Source of the DNA: a virus
UHGV virus genome: UHGV-1366609
Direction: 5' to 3' (one strand)
Length of the DNA: 29,779 bases
The translations under genes and the position numbers were made by a program. Positions 26,126 to 29,779 of this stretch are shown here, piece by piece (positions within the stretch are counted from its first letter, which is position 1; each line of letters begins with the position of its first letter). The notes under the pieces were generated by a model. It saw only the letters and a list, made by a program, of their open reading frames with translations. It searched no databases and was not told where the DNA came from.

Positions 26126-26329
26126 TTTTTATGATCCAAACTGCGCAGGCGGGTGCGGTGTAGCGCCGTTTCCGTCCTGGATCCGCTTCCGTCTGCCTGC
26201 TGTCGCTTGCGCTGTGGGTCGCTGTTGAACGAACGAAAGAAAGGCCGCACGGTGGCGACCTTTAATGTTTGCGCCTGCTGTGGCGCGTTCTGTGGTGTCT
26301 GGTGAGGTGTGCGGTTATACCGCTTTTTG

Positions 26330-28054
26330 TCAGGCTATCAGGGGACCGTATTTGCTTTTTAATGTGCCGGTTTTAGTGGCCGTTGCGGTGAACTGTGCAG
26401 CCTGCCCGCTGGCCCCTGTATTGGGGTGAGTATGTGACGCGGCAGTCTCTGCCAGCTCCCTCACCACGTCCAGGGTGTCGGTGAGTAGTGTCAGGACGTT
26501 AATCTCTTCGCTTCCCAGTTTTACCACCGGGGCAATCAGTTGTTGCGCCTGGGCCACACTTCGGCGGATGCCGCTGATTTTTTCAGTCAGTGCGCCGCTG
26601 ACGTTTGACGTAACATTCCCTTTCACGTCGTCTGTAACATCGCCCGCGACGTCCCGTTTTACGTTCCGGCCAACACTGACGGAATTGTCCTTGCTGCAGG
26701 TTACTGTCAGGTTGCCGGATGTGCCGATACTGTAATCACCCTCGCTGATATGGACCACCGCCCCGGCCAGAAGTGTGGCCGTGCCAAGCACGGTTGTTTT
26801 ATCCGTTGCCTGGACCGTAGTTTCACGGACAACCACTTTGCGGATCTCTTCGTCGGTGGTGACTTCGCGCATCATGGAGTTTTCGCGGATTGTCTGGTCC
26901 GTCTGGCGTTCCCAGTCTCCGGCAACCGTCACGCGCTGCGATACACCATCGCGCTGTTGCTGCAACTGCTCGCCGGGTTTAACCGCTGGCAGGTTATGAC
27001 CCTCCGCCATAATCTGGCGCACAAAGGGCTTATCCTGCCGCCCCTCAGTGAACCCAATTTCAACCAGCGTGCCAGGGGGCGGAAACTGGAACATTCCCGA
27101 CTCGCTGCCCGCCATTGGCACAGGTAGCGGAACGGCAGAATAAACCGGCGTATTTGCGGCTGGCTTGCCGTCTTCGTCAAGCAGCTGGAGATCCACGGCG
27201 TAGCGCGGGCGGAATGGATCGGCAATATCCCCCCCGGAAACATCCTCGCTTGGTGCTTCCACCCTGGCGAACTTTGGAAGATGCAGGCCGCTTGCCAGCT
27301 CCGGGAATGCGTTTTCAATCTGCCGCTGAATTGGTGATTTTTGCAATGGCTGGCCGTTGGCTTTGTTGCGGGGCTGCCATGTGATTGCCATGTCGTCGTT
27401 ATTTAGCCGAACCTGGTTCAGCCGCTGGCCGTTCACTTCCGCACCCGGTCGCAGGCTCTGAATCATTGGCACAACCATTGAATTTCCGCCTGCCGATTCC
27501 TGGCTAAATTCATGCGGGATCTCCACTGGTTTACCCGCAAAAAGACTGTGCTCCGCAGCGCCGACGAAGACATCCCCGTCCGGCAGCTGATACCAAAGAT
27601 AATCCGTCACTGAAAATGCACGGCCCAGACTGGCAAGAAGCTGATAGCCCGTGCCGCTGTGCGTAAAGTGGGGGATTGGTTTATCTGCATAAGCAGCGCC
27701 GACCGGCGTTGTGACGGTAAGCCCGCTTTGCTCACTTATCCAGTCAGTAATCTGGCGCAGCGTTGGATGCTGGAAAGAACACGGCCACAATTTGTCAAAG
27801 ATGCCAACCAGCTCACGCACGAATAATCGGCATGTTCCATTATCAGCAGGCTGTGACCGTTCAACGTACCCGGTAAACCAGCGCAGGACCAGACCATCAT
27901 AGCCAACATCGATCCGCACCATCTTGCCGGTGTAATCTGTCTCTGTCCCTGCCGTAATAAACCCCCGACCGCACGCGTTCAGCTCCAGCACGATATTGCA
28001 GTCAATCAGATGGACCGGATCAGAGGAAAGGTACAGGCGTTTAATTGGTTTCAT
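26330..28054 (-). CDS. Baseplate central hub/spike protein (gpV/gp5-like OB-fold and His-rich apex fused to a long N-terminal domain)
   Basis: 574 aa. MFQFPPPGTLVEIGFTEGRQDKPFV resembles the gpV/gp5 OB-fold core; C-terminal ASHTHPNTGASG resembles the HxH spike-apex motif of P2 gpV. The first about 330 aa are hub-sized. Confidence 0.55.
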   Translation of the reverse strand: MKPIKRLYLSSDPVHLIDCNIVLELNACGRGFITAGTETDYTGKMVRIDVGYDGLVLRWFTGYVERSQPADNGTCRLFVRELVGIFDKLWPCSFQHPTLRQITDWISEQSGLTVTTPVGAAYADKPIPHFTHSGTGYQLLASLGRAFSVTDYLWYQLPDGDVFVGAAEHSLFAGKPVEIPHEFSQESAGGNSMVVPMIQSLRPGAEVNGQRLNQVRLNNDDMAITWQPRNKANGQPLQKSPIQRQIENAFPELASGLHLPKFARVEAPSEDVSGGDIADPFRPRYAVDLQLLDEDGKPAANTPVYSAVPLPVPMAGSESGMFQFPPPGTLVEIGFTEGRQDKPFVRQIMAEGHNLPAVKPGEQLQQQRDGVSQRVTVAGDWERQTDQTIRENSMMREVTTDEEIRKVVVRETTVQATDKTTVLGTATLLAGAVVHISEGDYSIGTSGNLTVTCSKDNSVSVGRNVKRDVAGDVTDDVKGNVTSNVSGALTEKISGIRRSVAQAQQLIAPVVKLGSEEINVLTLLTDTLDVVRELAETAASHTHPNTGASGQAAQFTATATKTGTLKSKYGPLIA

Positions 28055-28061
28055 CGTTTAA

Positions 28062-28604
28062 TTACCCCAGCGCATCGTTGACCGGCTTTAAGACCTTTTC
28101 TTCAAACCAGCTCATTTTGTCGGCTGGCTCATCAGCACCGGCAGCCGGACCCGCGCCCTTTACCCCTGTTTGCTTGGTGCTGGCCGTCGCGTTGCCTTTT
28201 CGGGCCTGTCGTTTTTCCGGGACGCTGCCTTTTTCACGCAGGGTGAAACTTACCTGCCAGGCAAGGCGATCCTCCTGCGGTACGGCATCAATCTGACCGG
28301 TAAACGTGGCTTCACGAAGGTTGATAGCCGTCGCCGTCGCATTGGCTACGCGGTACTTTTTCAGTGCGCCGCTGGCTTCGGTCGCGGATGCCAGCTGGAA
28401 AAGCCGCTGTAAGACGGCTTCGTCGTCGAATGTCACCAGACCCGACACGCGCAGCTCTTTGGCCTTGATACCCTGTTCAGCATTGGCCGTGCTCGATGTC
28501 TGGCCCGACTGGTCTTTCTCCTGAAACTGCATGGAAGGTGAAACCAGCATGTTCTGCATGGCGATCCCTTCACCATCAAGCGCGAGTAGTGCGGTCTGGC
28601 TCAT
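28062..28604 (-). CDS. Hypothetical tail-module protein (start uncertain)
   Basis: 180 aa ORF between the hub/spike and the 247-aa ORF, overlapping the latter by 29 nt; no motif recognised. Confidence 0.4.
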   Translation of the reverse strand: MSQTALLALDGEGIAMQNMLVSPSMQFQEKDQSGQTSSTANAEQGIKAKELRVSGLVTFDDEAVLQRLFQLASATEASGALKKYRVANATATAINLREATFTGQIDAVPQEDRLAWQVSFTLREKGSVPEKRQARKGNATASTKQTGVKGAGPAAGADEPADKMSWFEEKVLKPVNDALG

Positions 28605-29319
28605 GTAGCATCTTCCCTAAGTCAGATAACGAATCCCCGATAAACATCATCGCGGCGGTATGCACTGCCGTTGTTTGCGGGATGCCTTTCAGTAATTCAG
28701 CGGCGGCAACGGCATAATTCCCGCTGTAGCTGAATGAAAAAATATTCGCGCTGGCGGCTTTCAGTTCATCCAGTCCCTGGCTGAGTGAGGCCAGCAAACC
28801 GGCCCGCTCCTGAATAAATCCCGTCACCTGGTTTTTTAGATCTGTTGTGGTGGTACTGACTGCGGCGGCCAGCTGCGCGGCGGCAACACGCTGGGCATTC
28901 AGCGCCAGCCGGTTGGTTGAGACTGATAACGGCGTACTGGCTGGCAATACATCGGCTTTAACCGGCAACTGCATTTTTACCGTGCTGAGTTCTGCGGCGG
29001 CTGCGGCCATACGGCTTACCTGCGTAAATACCGGGGCCGGAAATACGGTGGACAGTTTATTCAGTCCCTGCATAAAAGCGTCGTGGGTATTTTCCGCCAC
29101 CATCATGACGATGACATCACCGCTACCGCTACCGCCACCGGATAACAGCTTTTTAGCAAGGTATCCCAGCGCATTGGCCGGACTGAGATAACCGCCTGAA
29201 TCGGTGTTCTGTCCCAGACCGTAAACCCAGGGATGCGCCGGAATAACTGAGCAGGATAAAGCCGACATATCATCGGCAATTTTAATAACTGAATTACGCC
29301 ACATTGTTAAAACCTTCAA
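28576..29319 (-). CDS. Hypothetical Ala-rich protein downstream of the tail fibre assembly gene (structural or cargo, unresolved)
   Basis: 247 aa with Gly-Ser linker SGGGSGSGD and an Ala-rich helical region; overlaps the Tfa stop, so the true start is probably internal. Confidence 0.4.
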   Translation of the reverse strand: MKVLTMWRNSVIKIADDMSALSCSVIPAHPWVYGLGQNTDSGGYLSPANALGYLAKKLLSGGGSGSGDVIVMMVAENTHDAFMQGLNKLSTVFPAPVFTQVSRMAAAAAELSTVKMQLPVKADVLPASTPLSVSTNRLALNAQRVAAAQLAAAVSTTTTDLKNQVTGFIQERAGLLASLSQGLDELKAASANIFSFSYSGNYAVAAAELLKGIPQTTAVHTAAMMFIGDSLSDLGKMLHEPDRTTRA

Positions 29320-29737
29320 ATTCCGGCCAGTTGTCTGGTATATCCTGCGGATCTAAAGCGCTAAGCTCATCAAGGTAATCCAGGGCTTTGCCATACAGTT
29401 CTTTTTCGTCGTCAGTAAGACGACCCAGCACTGCTTTACCCGGCCACTGCCTGTCATTGATAAATGTATTAATTTCGTCCAGACGGCGACTTTTCTCATA
29501 TTTAGCCTGGGTAATCAGTTGTTCGCGCGTTAATGGCGGAATATCAATCCAGCATGGTGCGCCTTTTTTATCTGTACCAAGCAGCTTTCCATATGGAGGC
29601 GGCTGAATAAAAGTCAGATAAGTATTCAAATCTACATCCACGCCGGATTTCGGCCAGGTTCCGGCAGCATCAAAATCAGCTTTACTGGAATATGGATAAA
29701 AAATATTTCCGGAAAAACGATATTTATCACTCATCAT
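29294..29737 (-). CDS. Tail fibre assembly protein (P2 gpG / lambda Tfa-like)
   Basis: Start at ATG 29737 (MMSDKYRFSGNIFYP...), preceded by TGAGGTG. C-terminus ...ALDPQDIPDNWPEFEGF matches the conserved P..WPE ending of Tfa proteins as recalled. Confidence 0.6.
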   Translation of the reverse strand: MMSDKYRFSGNIFYPYSSKADFDAAGTWPKSGVDVDLNTYLTFIQPPPYGKLLGTDKKGAPCWIDIPPLTREQLITQAKYEKSRRLDEINTFINDRQWPGKAVLGRLTDDEKELYGKALDYLDELSALDPQDIPDNWPEFEGFNNVA

Positions 29738-29779
29738 CACCTCAGTAACCAATTGCAAACCAGATGCAGTCTTCCCAGC

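Larger units (their letters stand above)
1..29779. mobile_element. P2-family temperate myophage genome (prophage or circularly permuted phage genome); both edges still inside phage genes
   Basis: Gene order and protein motifs match P2 from memory: divergent O-N-M-L and P-Q capsid/packaging blocks, Ogr-type zinc finger, A-type rolling-circle initiator, C repressor plus P2-like integrase, contractile tail and fibre genes. No host housekeeping gene recognised. Confidence 0.85.

Noticed and set aside
25975-26250. ORFs of 91 aa (minus) and 83 aa (plus, 10 Cys) in the non-coding gap right of the cargo gene
   Set aside because: No ribosome-binding sites, extreme Arg or Cys composition, and they overlap each other on opposite strands; the interval looks like a structured non-coding region.
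1-29779. CRISPR arrays, rRNA or tRNA genes
   Set aside because: No regularly spaced short repeats with unique spacers and no T-loop-like GGTTCGAATCC motif were found by eye; the direct repeats present are too few and irregular for CRISPR.

Overview
The window reads as a nearly complete P2-family (Peduoviridae-like) temperate myophage genome from an enterobacterial host, with almost all genes tightly packed and translationally coupled. Every call rests on motifs and gene order read by eye from the six-frame translations; no database search was run. Minus strand, left to right: tail fibre (N-terminal part, runs off the left edge), baseplate I-like and J-like genes, a small W-like gene, tape measure, a tail assembly chaperone with a programmed -1 frameshift, a complete lysis cassette (overlapped spanins, M15 endolysin, holin), tail tube, tail sheath, S-like and R-like completion genes, then head genes L, M, N and O. 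Plus strand: terminase P, portal Q and an Ogr/Delta-type zinc finger. Minus strand again: an adenine methyltransferase, replication initiator A, a block of small early genes that includes a second Dam-type methyltransferase, and a Cox-position regulator. Plus strand: C repressor and a P2-type integrase, followed by attP-like repeats and an AT-rich cargo gene. The right edge carries more tail genes on the minus strand (fused hub/spike protein, two unassigned ORFs, tail fibre assembly protein). Most worth a second look: two small early proteins ending in SSB-tip-like acidic tails; two orphan adenine methyltransferases; a lysis cassette sitting inside the tail operon; the integrase/attP junction lying internally with phage tail genes on both sides; and several structured repeat arrays in non-coding gaps. 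No CRISPR array, rRNA or tRNA was seen.
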